Below, one piece after another: positions 13,909 through 24,129 of a DNA stretch of 50,027 nt. The notes under the pieces are model-generated. The model saw nothing but the letters and a program-made list of their open reading frames with translations. It searched no databases and had not been told where the DNA came from. Numbering within the stretch: position 1 is the first letter of the stretch; each line of letters opens with the position of its first letter. The position numbers and the translations under genes are program-made. Origin of the DNA: Chiloscyllium plagiosum (lineage: Eukaryota); contig NW_025215112.1 of the NCBI RefSeq assembly GCF_004010195.1, positions 7,903-57,929 of the forward strand, written 5' to 3'.

Positions 13909-13981
13909 GCTGCTGTAGCTCAGTGGTGAGACTTTTGCTCTTGTAAGCCTGGGATTGTGATGTTGCACCTCCCTGAGGCAT
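13909..13981 (+). pseudogene. tRNA-Thr(TGT)-derived relic
   Basis: tagctcagtggtgaga...tcttgtaagcctggga...cctccctgaggc aligns to GGCTCCATAGCTCAGTGGTTAGAGCACTGGTCTTGTAAACCAGGGG...CCTCGCTGGGGC. Confidence 0.65.
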
Positions 13982-14590
13982 GTGTAAATTTTTGGACAAC
14001 TGCCGAATCGAACATCAAAAGGAGCACTTTGCTGCAAACAGATTCTACTGTTGAGATCTGAAATGGGATAAATAATCCAAGCAGGTGAAATTCTACTTTC
14101 TGTATTTGCTCATTCCTGGGGGTCGTGTCGTATGACTCTCTGTGTCGATGAAAATGAGGCTCAGTTCCCCGATGGCACATGAACACATTTTTCAATCTCA
14201 CACAAATGCACATGTTGCTGGAAGACCTGTGTCTGAGGACATTTCACCGAACCCAAAATGTTCGCTCTGATTTCTCCAAACAGATGCTCCAGAACTGGTG
14301 AGCTTTCTCGGCACTCTTCTGCTTTTGTTTCCCATCTCAAAATTCAGTCCAATTTATTGTGTCGTTTACGTTTAAAATGTTCCAGGGAAAATATCATTGA
14401 GATGACCACATGTAACTGAAGAACACCAATTATACAGGCCAAGTGCTGGTAAACGGGATAATGGGCCTCTATCAGTGTGTAAAAACTCGACGACTCCATC
14501 ATTTTAGAGGAGAAACTTATCTCCAATGAATACTAAAAAAAAAGCCGAAGGCTATTTCCTTAACTAACGATTAAGGCTGTCTTGCCTGCA

Positions 14591-14662
14591 TCCGTGGTGG
14601 TACAGTGTGTAGGATTCGGCGCTTCTAACAACACTGCTCGGGTTCCGAATCCAGGTGCGAAA
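14591..14662 (+). pseudogene. tRNA-Glu-derived pseudogene
   Basis: tccgtggtggtacagtgtgtaggattcggcgct...cgggttccgaatccaggt matches tRNA-Glu TCCCTGGTGGTCTAGTGGTTAGGATTCGGCGCT...CGGGTTCGATTCCCGGT. Confidence 0.8.
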
Positions 14663-15877
14663 TTTCAGATTTATTACTCCTGAGAGTGACAACTGCAAAA
14701 GCAGAGCAGGTCTGACGGGAATCAATATCTCGGAACAGCTAGTGTCGCCAAGAACCTGAGGCCTCATTCAGAAACTAAGAGCATGTTTACAGACTGACTC
14801 TATTCACTTAGATAGTTCACGCTTCATTCTCCTTATTCCGCTTCCCAAAGTGTTCATAAACCTCGGTTGGGGCTATTTTAGCTTCCACACCTCTGAAAGC
14901 GATGTGAGATTGACTCTGATATTCTCAGGAAAATTGCTGACGCAGTTAAATGATCCTCTTTCCTGCAGATCACCAATCCAAAAAACATCTCATCTTCAGT
15001 ACAATAAGGACGGTGAGTTTGGAAGTATAACGAAGCTGGAAGTTGCATTCCAACCAACCAAGAGACAAATCTGTTCTGCTTCGTGGCCTGTGCATACCAA
15101 ACACATGCTGCAGAGTTCTGATATTTGCATGGACACTAGCAGCAATGGGAAGCCTCACAAGGTGAAAACTCATGAAAGACAATCTCAGTCACTGAATTCT
15201 CCACTTTGTGAAGCAGTGTCTTTCAATGACAAAGAAAAGATATGTGGCCTCACGTGCCGGCTTCACAGTTACCCTCTTCACTGTTGGAACTTTACACTGT
15301 TTTATTTATGTCACTGACGTTGAGTAATGGACCATTGGAGCCAGCGAGAAACTTCTGGTCGTTTCTTGCCCTGGATCTTTAATCAGATAAGTTGAACAAT
15401 GCCTTTAAAGCTATCGCGCCTTCACCGCAGCTCAGCGCCTCAAAACAAGCATCTGTCAACATCAACCTATTCTGTTCCTTCCAGCAGCACGCCCTGCTCA
15501 AAAACAAACATCAGATAATCACAGCTCCGCTTTCTCCACCTCGAAATGTAGGGCGATAGAACCAACTCTTTGGAAGCTTGAAGAGGGAAATATTGTTGCT
15601 GGAGTTGGTTCTGAATTGAAAAACAAGCTAAAGAATGTATGTATGTCAGGTCACAAGGGTTTCTGGCAGCATCACTGGGGCTCCCTGTTTTGCACTACGA
15701 ATTTGCATCGACCTGCATACACCACCCAGTCAAGAAATGAAGAAGTATTTCTCTTCTTGTGAATTATCTGACTGGAAGCGAATTCCTGGTTATACACAGA
15801 AAATCCACTGAAGGTTTGTAGCTCAGGTTGAGATTTAGGGTGCAGGTTTGCTCGCTGAGCTATACGTTTGATATCCA

Positions 15878-15911
15878 GACATTTCGTTACCTGGCTAGGT
15901 AACATAATCAG
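15878..15911 (-). ncRNA. Minimal hammerhead ribozyme motif (family C), core mutated
   Basis: cca-CTGATTA-T-GTTACCT-AGCC-AGGTAAC-GAAA-TGTC-tgg. Confidence 0.7.
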
Positions 15912-16657
15912 TGGCGACCTCCAAGTGAAGCGAAGCTGTTGTCCCCTGTTTTCTATTTATATCGTTCTCCTGGATGCGGTTCCTGGGGTTTGTGGTGATA
16001 TCATTTCCTGATTGTTTTCTGAGGGGTTGATAGATGGCATCTAGATCTATGTGTTGGTTTATGGCGTTGTGGTTGGAGTGCCAGGCCTCGAGGAATTCTC
16101 TCGCATTCCTTTGCTTGGCCTATCCCAGGATAGACGTGTTGTCCCAGTCGAAATGGTGGCTTTTTCATCCGTGTAGGGCTACGAGGGAGAGAGGGTCGTG
16201 TCTTTTTGTGGCTAGCTGGTGTTCATGTATTCTGGTGGCTAACCTTCTTCCTGTTTGTCCTATGTAGTGTTTGTGGCAGTCCTTGCATGGAGGTTTGTAG
16301 ATGACGTTGATTTTGTCCATGGCATGTACTGGGCTTTTTAAGTTTGTTAGGTTTTGTTTGAGAGTATTGGTAGGTTTGTGTGCTACTAGGATTCTGAGCG
16401 GTCTTAGTAGTCTGGCTGTCATTTCTGAAACTTCTTTGATGTATGGTAAGGTGATTAGGGGTTCTGGCTGTGTTTGGTCTGCTTGTTCTTGAGGAATCTG
16501 CGCACTGTACGTTTTGAGTATCCGTTTTTCTTGAACACATTGTATAAGTGGATCTCCTCTGTTTTGCGTAGTTCGTCTGTGCTGCAGTGTGTGGTGGCTC
16601 GTTGGAATAGTGTTCTGATACAACGCCGTTTGTGTGTATTGGGATGGTTGCTGGTGT

Positions 16658-16864
16658 AGAACAAATTAAGGACTGCAGATGCTGGGGATCAGAGCTGAAA
16701 AATGTGTTGCTGGAAAAGCGCAGCAGGTCAGGCAGCATCAAAGGAGCAGGAGAATCGACCTTTCGGGTATAAGCCCTTCTTCAGGAAGCCCGAAACGTCG
16801 ATTCTCCTGCTCCTTTGATGCTGCCTGACCTGCTGCGCTTTTCCAGCAACACATTTTTAAGCTC
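16658..16864. mobile_element. Palindromic PLE-tail mini-element (family A)
   Basis: 13-bp TSD tggttgctggtgt (16645-16657, 16865-16877). 76-bp inverted arms at 16692-16767 and 16789-16864. Hammerhead-like CTGAAGA..GAAA on the minus strand at ~16755-16787. Confidence 0.9.
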
Positions 16865-18090
16865 TGGTTGCTGGTGTCGTTAAGTATTTGGTCAGTGTTT
16901 GTCGGTTTTCTGTATATAGACGTTTGTAGTTCTCCTTATTTCTTTCTTTCGACTGTGACATCCAGGAATGCGAGTTTGTTGTCGACTTCTTTCGCCTTGA
17001 TGAACTTTATGTCTGTAAGGATGTTGTTGATGATGTTAAATGTCTCTTCTATCTTGTTTCAAATTGTGTCATCTATGTAACGGACACAGAGTTTTGGTTT
17101 GATGGTTGATAGAGCTGTTTGTTCTAGTTTTTTTAAGCGGAGATCGCATGGCTGTGCCGCTAGTTTGTTTGTAGACTATGTAGTTGAAAGTGAAGTGTGT
17201 GGTGAGGCACAGGTCCATTTTGTGATGACAAAGGTAATTTCCACGTAGTGGACCCAAAGTTTAGGTTAGATAGTTGGGAGGGCAGCTTGTTCAAGTCTCT
17301 GCATTACTGCTTCCGCTATGAGACCTGATATTGTGTTACAGTACTGGGACAAAGTCTCATGTCATTAATTCAAAATGATTTGTATTAAGTTACCATTTAA
17401 ATTCAATGAGTTGAATTTTCAGGCCACCTTCTTCCTGAATTCAGGAGTAGAGGCAGAAAGTGGGAATGTGTAAGAATACTGGAACCAGATTATATGATGG
17501 TAATGGGATACCAATATTAGCACCACCTATTTTTGAGGAATTAAGTTTGGTGCCCAGGAAGGCTGCCAAGCTCCTTGGTATGCAGACAGTTAGATTGGAA
17601 AAATGTTCCATTCCTTGCAGTTCCAGATCTGCATTATACTGAAACAAATTCTGAATGTTAACTGGCACCTTGTAAGGAGACAACCAGTTTAACACGAAGA
17701 ACTCAGAGTTTGAACCAGGTTTTGAACTGCGTTTTAAAGCAGATGGATTGTGCCTGCGAAAGTTACAGGACAGATATTCGGTTGCTCCCTGGTTATACTC
17801 TCATTATCAACTTACTGAAAGTTTGAAGAATGGAATCTAAGCTACAGATATTCAGTGAATATTCCTCAAAGCCACTGGAAACTATTTGCGTGCACTGGTG
17901 ACTTCAGAAACTAAGCAAGATACAATTCCTTGAGCTTGTGAGGTTACGGATCATGACGGTTGCTTAAGTAAACTGACCTGTTACGTTTTTTTCTTTTTAT
18001 TCATCCACTAACTGAGTCATTTGTCTTTGAGTGAGAATGGGGGCCAGAATCAAAGAAGGTTGGGTTTAAATCATAGATATTAATTAGATT

Positions 18091-18218
18091 GGAGAAAGTG
18101 AGGTCTGCAGATGCTGGAGATCAAAGTTGAAACTTTATTGCTGGAACAGCACAGTAGGTCAGGCAGCATCCAGGGAACAGGAGATTCGACGTTTCGGGCA
18201 CAGGCCCTTCTTCAGGAA
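18091..18218 (-). mobile_element. PLE 3' tail fragment (family A)
   Basis: ggagaaagtgaggtctgcagatgctggagatc...cttcttcaggaa is homologous to 16668-16787 and to the ends of the 44241-44938 insert. Confidence 0.85.
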
Positions 18219-18219
18219 T
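18184..18219 (-). ncRNA. Minimal type-I hammerhead ribozyme motif, intact core (family A)
   Basis: Reverse complement attc-CTGAAGA-A-GGGC-CTGT-GCCC-GAAA-CG-TC-gaat gives the CUGANGA and GAAA core, a perfect stem II, stem I attc/gaat, a GUC cleavage triplet and palindromic ACGU. Confidence 0.8.
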
Positions 18220-18461
18220 GAGATTACCTTGTTGTTTAACTTTGCTTTACTAAAGCAACTATCAGGAGAAGTAATTGTTAGAGTAGTAAAGACATGACTG
18301 ATTGAGGGGAGTAAACTTACTTCTGGGTTATGATTTGACATCAAATTTGACAAGACTTCGCCCATAATTAGAGAATGCCCAAAAGAGGTTCAACACATGG
18401 AACATGGTCTCTGCGAGTAGTGCATTGGATTTCTCGATGTCGTCTCCTCTGTTCAGGATGA

Positions 18462-18701
18462 TTTGGAGATGCTAGAGTTGGACTGGGGTGTACAAAGTTA
18501 AAAATCACTCAACACCAGGTTATAGTCCAACAGCTTTAATTGGAAGCACACTAGCTTTCAGAGCAACGCTCCTTCATCAGGTGATAGTGGAGGGCTCTAT
18601 CGAGCCCTCCACTTTCACCTGATGAAGGATCATCGCTCCGAAGGCTAGTGTACTTCCAATTGTACCTGTTGGACTATAACCTGGTGTTGTGTGATTTTTA
18701 A
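18462..18701. mobile_element. Palindromic PLE-tail mini-element (family B)
   Basis: 15-bp TSD ctctgttcaggatga (18447-18461, 18702-18716). ~100-bp inverted arms at 18496-18597 and 18602-18703 around a 4-nt loop. Confidence 0.9.
18549..18583 (-). ncRNA. Minimal hammerhead ribozyme motif (family B); mirror copy at 18616-18650 (+) has GAAA>GAAG
   Basis: Reverse complement cac-CTGATGA-A-GGAG-CGTTG-CTCT-GAAA-GC-TA-gtg, with stem I cac/gtg and palindromic AGCU. Confidence 0.75.
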
Positions 18702-19279
18702 CTCTGTTCAGGATGACTGTGAGTCGACCTTTGTATACAGGTAATATAACGATGTTTTTGTCTTCTTTTAGGTTTTCTAGAGCTTTCTTTTCTTGTGTGT
18801 TCAGTTTGTTTCCTTCCCTCTTTCGGCTCAGAGTAGGTGCAACTGTCTGTCTGATCGTTTGTTGCGTTTCCTCCATGGACAAAACCAACGTCATCTACAA
18901 AATTCCATGCAAGGACGGCGACAAACGCTACATAGGACAAACAGGAAAGAGAGTTAGCGACCAGGGTACACGAACACCAGCTAGCCACAAAAAGACACAA
19001 TACTCTCTCCCTCGTAGCCATAAACACGGATGAAAAAAGTCACCATTTTGAATGGGACAACACATCTATCCTGGGACAGGCTAAGCAAATGCATGCGAGA
19101 GGATTCCTCGAGGCCTGGCACTCCAACCACAACGCCATAAACAAACACATAGATCTCGATGCCATCTGTCATACCTCAGAAAACGAGGAGGAAATGACAT
19201 CACCCCAGGAACCGCATCCAGGAGAAAGATATAAATAGAAAACAGGAGACAACAGCTTCGCTTCACTTGGAGGTCGTCA

Positions 19280-19313
19280 TTGATGATGTTACCTAACCAG
19301 GTAACGAAACGTC
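19280..19313 (+). ncRNA. Minimal hammerhead ribozyme motif (family C), first core C mutated
   Basis: TTGATGA-T-GTTACCT-AACC-AGGTAAC-GAAA-CGTC-tgg with a 7-bp stem II. The consensus with the 15878-15911 copy restores CTGATGA...GAAACGTC. Confidence 0.7.
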
Positions 19314-19974
19314 TGGATATCAAACCTACAGCTCAGCGAGCAAACCCTAGAAAATCCACTCTCCTCCTGCCATAATCAACCCAGTGACTGATTGCATTCA
19401 TCTAGAAGGTCATTGGCAGCAGATACAAAGAAGAATTCTGCCGCAGCAAATGCCCCTACAATCACCTCACTATTCTGTTTTGGAAGTATGTCGTACTTCC
19501 TACTTGTTTAAATGACACAGTATTGGACATGCATTTTAAGTTCACAGGAACTAGGGTCCTATCAACATTTTCATGCTGATGAGAAAACAATCTTTTACTG
19601 TCACTGTGAGACTGGGTTCCCATTGTGCATCAGCCCAATTTAGCTGCTCTATCTCCTACAAAAGAGACGACACTTCACAAGTCCTTCATTTGCATGTGAA
19701 GAACATTCAGAAATGTCGACTCTCGCCTTAACAACGAAGAGAAGGACCAAAAGCAGGGCAATGAATGGAAATCGACCATTCCTCTCTCCTCTAATTGGAG
19801 AGAAATCAGTGGGAAAACCTTCCATCTCAGCAAGCAAACCTACATCCAGAGCCAATGTATTATTTTTATTTTTACAATGCTGGAGAAATTAGTGTTGGCT
19901 GTGGAGTCAGCATATTTATCAAAATTTCTCATTCGCTGACAGCATAAGCGAGAAGTTTGAACAAGGAGACCCGA

Positions 19975-20165
19975 GGGAGTGGTCCCTTCATTACAGAAAG
20001 AATGGACTGGTGGCGATTTTACGAGAACATCGCCAGTCCTCACGTGGGGGACACGCTCAAGAGAATCTCTTAATTAACCTCAAACTAGTGATGGGAACTG
20101 AAACCACGCTGCTGGTATTACACTGTGCTACAAGCCAACCAGCCGGCTAATTGAGCTAAATCGAT
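19975..20165 (-). mobile_element. Old tRNA-derived SINE (family not named)
   Basis: The minus strand starts ttagctcaattagccggctgg (A-box-like) and has gtttcagttccc (B-box-like), followed by a non-tRNA body. Confidence 0.5.
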
Positions 20166-20252
20166 GCTATCTAACAGGGCTGTCAGAAGTGTGAATGTGT
20201 CATTAAATTCCTTGCTACCCACAGTGCAATTGAACTGCCGCTCCACACAATA

Positions 20253-20557
20253 TGGCTCAGTGTTTCGCATTGTTGCCTCAGAGCATGAAGGACTGGCTTT
20301 GATTCCAGCCTCGGAGGCCTGTCTGTGTGGCATTTGCACATTCTCCACGTGTCTGCGTGAGTTTGCTCCAGGTCGTGAAATTTCCTCCAAAACAGTGCAC
20401 ATGTGAGGTGAATTGGCCATGATAAATTACCCACAGCGTAGGTTATTAGTCAATGTAAATATAAAATAGGGAAATGTGTCTGAGTGCTCTTTGGAGGGTT
20501 GGTGTGGACTTGTTGCGCCAAAAGGACTGTTTCTGCATCGTAGGGATTCTAATTCTA
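20253..20557 (+). mobile_element. HE1-type SINE (diverged)
   Basis: tttgcacattctccacgtgtctgcgtg...aggtgaattggccatg...ggtgtggacttgttg, colinear with the other copies. Confidence 0.85.
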
Positions 20558-20639
20558 GTGCGTTTTCTGATCTTTCATCAAATCATTGCTACTCCTAAAG
20601 CTCTTTCAAAGTCAGAATACTAAAATGTTGTATCATGTG

Positions 20640-21035
20640 TGGGAACAAGCCCATATCTGCTGAGAGTGAATCCCTTCCCACACAAGAGCAAGTAAACGTT
20701 TCTCGCTATTGCGAATATGATAGTGCTCACTGAATAGGGATGACAAAGTGAATCCCTTCCGACACTCAGTGCAGGCCTCTCTACAGTGTGGCCACTCTTG
20801 TGTATCTGAAGCTTTGCTGATTTAATAAATTCCTTCTCATACACAGAGCAGACGAATAATGTCTCTCTAGTGTCAGGTCTACCGGGTCATATTAGGCGGG
20901 ACTGTAAAGTTCATTCCTTCACAAACAGACCAAACAAAACTTCTCTCCCTGTGATGAACGTGTTTGCGTGATATTAGGTTGAATCCCCAAGTGAATATCT
21001 TCCCATCTATGGAACAGCTGAATGCCTTGTCCGCA
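20640..21035 (-). pseudogene. Decayed tandem C2H2 zinc-finger exon (about 5 fingers)
   Basis: Frameshifted peptides FSCSIDGKIFT..NLISRKHVH, FVCSVYEKEF...LQIHKSGHTVERP, CTECRKGFT and CGKGFT show C2H2 spacing with TGERP-like linkers. Confidence 0.8.
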
Positions 21036-21114
21036 TGTTAACAGGTTATTGTTCAATTAAGAATTTTGAATTTAACATCTTTGCAGATCTTTAAGTTTTT
21101 TTTTTAAACCACAG

Positions 21115-21950
21115 TGTGGGAAAGGATCTGCAACCATGACTACACACAGCGTGACGGATCAGAACATAGAAACTCAAGCCTGTCCAAGCAATACAACCCA
21201 GAACGCCTCAGCATTGACCGAACAGTCTGACAACGGAAATCATACCACAATCATTCGCAGATCAGGGAATATACTTCCCAAGACAAACGAACAATAAGCT
21301 TCCAAGACCCGATAAACACAGCTGTCCCAAAGCCCTACGGGAAGTCTTGTACCCCAATGATACCAAAGCCACACGAACTCAGGTCAGACTCAGACGCACC
21401 AGAATACCTTGCTCATCACTGGAGAGCAGCAATTGAAGCACCTTACTGCCAGGGAAAGATACATTCTCACAAATCCATGAAGAGAGCTCGAATCTTCTGA
21501 TCCTATCATAAAACAGATTGATGCTGATGGATGCTTGATTGTATCGACATTCACGACATTCTTCGAATGACTGTTTTGCTGTAAGTAAGTTGATTACTTG
21601 ACAATCAAGTCAATTGTATTTTCATTATTTTTAACTATCAGCATTGTAGTATATTCCTATAAAACCTGGCTTGATTCTCATCTCGGGGAAGAGAGTTTCG
21701 CGACCTGGAGAGACCGTCTTTTCTGCTTCAGCTTGGTCAAGTTCTCTTCTGCGATATCGCCATTCTAATAAGCTACTTGTTAATTTAACTTCGCTCTGTG
21801 TTTTGTGATCTCCGCTTTATTGAGCTAATTTCTCCGATTTAGTATAGTTTCGACAAAGTATAATCTCTACAGGTAAGCGAACTTTGATCTAACTTTAGCC
21901 CGATTCGGACCTGGTGGCCAACCCTGACCTAGTGGGTCATACCGACAGCA
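21115..21950 (+). repeat. ERV-A 5' LTR
   Basis: Homologous to 28075-28775 over ~21140-21825 (e.g. cttcccaagaca..aacaataagc, caaagccctacggg, ggcttgattctca). TATA-like ctataaaa at ~21657. The 3' end is approximate. Confidence 0.8.
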
Positions 21951-22683
21951 AAAATCTGGACGACTGAGGAGGGTCGGCACAATTCTAATCTACCTACTGC
22001 GCCAATTCAGCGCTGAGAAACCATGGCCTCGACCTGATAAGGTAGACGGGCAAGCTCTGAAATTGATCAACTAATCTTTTACCAAATTCGGCAGACGCGT
22101 GGTCTGAGTTGAGCCAGGGCTTCTGACGTGATGCTGATCCAACCAGGAGAAAGATGGACGGACAAGGGAAGCCCGGCAAAATAGAATAAGAGACCGCTGA
22201 TTAATTTTTTCGCTTGAATCCTAAGAGATCCTCAGCTCGAAGCAAATTGACACGGGCCCCACCAGTTCACTGTTTTCTGTCTTGTGTTTTTTGAGTGCTT
22301 GTTTTGGATGTTTCTGTTTTGTGGCTGCTGAGTACTTGTCTTGTCAGTTTCAGGTGTTTCATCTAATTGTATTTATCCTTAAGATAACAGTTTACAGTGT
22401 GGTCAGCGAATACACGCTCAATTATATTTATTGCTTGACCTGTCAATCACTCACTGCCTGTGTGTCTTGTGAGTGCTCCCTCTGTCATTTCTCGAAAGCT
22501 GAAGTGCAGTATGAGCAGTCAAACCAGGACGTCCATTACGCCATATGTGCAAGGAAATCCACCCTCTGCTGGGAAGTGCTAGCTGTGGGAGATTGGCAAC
22601 CCGAGCCAGGCGGTGAGAAGGACCCAGGGCCTAAGTTGAACAACACGACGTGGAGGAGGTGTGTAAATACGTGAACTTCAAAA

Positions 22684-23313
22684 TAAATGTCAGAGATGCT
22701 CTTGTTGCACGTGGTTCACCGGCACACAACGTGCTAAAAGACACGGGACAGTGGTTACTTTATCCTCTTTCGAGGACACCTTTACATCTGGCCCCCAGGA
22801 AATTAGTCATATTAAAGGGGGTGGAGAGGTGGTTTCATTTGAATTGCATAAGATTGATTATTGGATGACGGTCGTTACGGGTGGGCATGGTGGCATGGTT
22901 GGACATGCAGTGTCTTGCACAATTTCGACAAGTTGGCCAGCAGCATCAGACCACTAAGGCGAAAGACTGCTGCAATAACAACCGACAATGGAGATCCTAA
23001 ATGTCGGAGATACTCTTGTTGCACGTGGTTCACCGGCAAACAACGTGCTAAAAGACACGGGACAGTGGTTAATTTATCCTCTTTCGACGACACCTTTACA
23101 TCTGGCCCCCAGGAAATTGGTCACATTAAAGGGGGTGGGGAGGTGGTTTCACTTAAATTGGATAAGATTGATTATTGGATGACGGTCATTACGGGTGGGC
23201 ATGGTGACCCCTGCTTGGACGTGCAGTGTCTTGCAAAATTTCGACAAGTTGGCCAGCAGCATCAGACCACTAAGGCGAAAGACTGCTGCAATAACAACCG
23301 ACAATGGAGATCC
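22684..23313 (+). repeat. 314-bp tandem duplication of the ERV-A gag 5' end
   Basis: aaatgtc.gagat.ctcttgttgcacgtggttcaccggca recurs at 22685 and 22999, and both copies end gacaatggagatcc. Confidence 0.95.
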
Positions 23314-23990
23314 CAATAATTCCAGACACGGCCACGCTACCCTAATCCCTACAGAACCCGAAGCTTCGCATACTGGCTCCAGAGCCAGACCAGTTGTTGA
23401 AGGAAATGGCTGCATTTTTTTTTACTGCGCAGCCCCACAGCGAGCCCGCAGTGGGACACAATGGCCACTGGGCAGTCTGAGTCACCACGGCTGCCTATCA
23501 CAAACGATAACGCCAGACACGCATGTACCACGAGTGCTGCCCTAAAATACAGGAACGAACTGCCAGATTCCCCGCCATCATGAATGTGTCCACTCCCCAG
23601 ATAAGACCTGGACCAATGCAGAGAATCAGGCCATTCTCCAAGATGCCCAGACCCGTTGAAGTGACTGCCCCATTCTACAATCTGCTACTCCAAATTTCCT
23701 CTAAGTGCCACTGTCTGCCCCAAGATGTGCAGACCCTATTGCAACTTGCGCATGGGACTGACTGGGCAACCATTACCCCACTACTGACTTCCTCATCCAA
23801 CCGTGGGACACCGTTGCAGACTGGGGATATGCTACATTCGCAGAACCTCACGTTGCCCTCATCACCCCGCTAGTACTCACTAGCCTCTGCATTGTGGGAC
23901 CACAGGGGCTGGCAGCAGAAGTGCAACTCATCATGGAACAAGCTACACACTTCTACAACAGCCTGATGGTACTTGCAGACCTTTCCTTCA
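22690..23990 (+). pseudogene. gag: ERV-A gag remnant
   Basis: LDKIDYW...CLAKFRQV is shared with ERV-B gag. RPFSKMPRP...LPQDVQTLLQL is capsid-like. Confidence 0.65.
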
Positions 23991-24129
23991 TTGCCACGAG
24001 CCCGTGGCTCTCCAACAATTTAAGCCTTGATTATGATGTTGTTAAGATAGCGACCCCTCTACTTCGCGCCCATCAGTCAGACCCACGTTCCCTTTGTAGA
24101 TGTTGCCCAACTTGGGCAGGGTGAGTTTT

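Larger units (their letters stand above)
17221..18404. mobile_element. Unassigned ~1.2-kb insert inside the PLE (possible solo LTR)
   Basis: It interrupts the PLE RT-coding sequence, begins TGTGATGAC, ends in ...AACA and is non-coding. No clear TSD. Confidence 0.35.
15810..19348 (-). mobile_element. Penelope-like element (family C) with inverted terminal repeat and nested insertions
   Basis: 12-bp TSD agaaaatccact (15798-15809, 19349-19360). GIY-YIG peptide NVIYKPPCKDCHKHYIGQTGRRLATRIHEH (minus, ~16200-16320), RT peptide LCLTTHFTF..YKQTSGTAMRSP, and N-terminal peptide EKKALENLKEDKNIVILPVYKG. An inverted copy of the 3' ~480 bp lies at 18873-19347. Confidence 0.9.

Noticed and set aside
21110..21140. 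V(D)J recombination signal (cacagtg heptamer)
   Set aside because: No nonamer at 12 or 23 spacing and no Ig/TCR segment nearby.
21912..21976. ERV-A primer-binding site (tggtggcc... or tggacgactgaggaggg, loosely Ser-GCT-like)
   Set aside because: Both candidates match tRNA 3' ends only partially or with indels, so the isotype cannot be assigned.
23450..23480. Zinc knuckle upstream of capsid in ERV-A (GHNGHWAV), implying an unusual Gag domain order
   Set aside because: It lacks all three cysteines and is too degenerate to support the claim.
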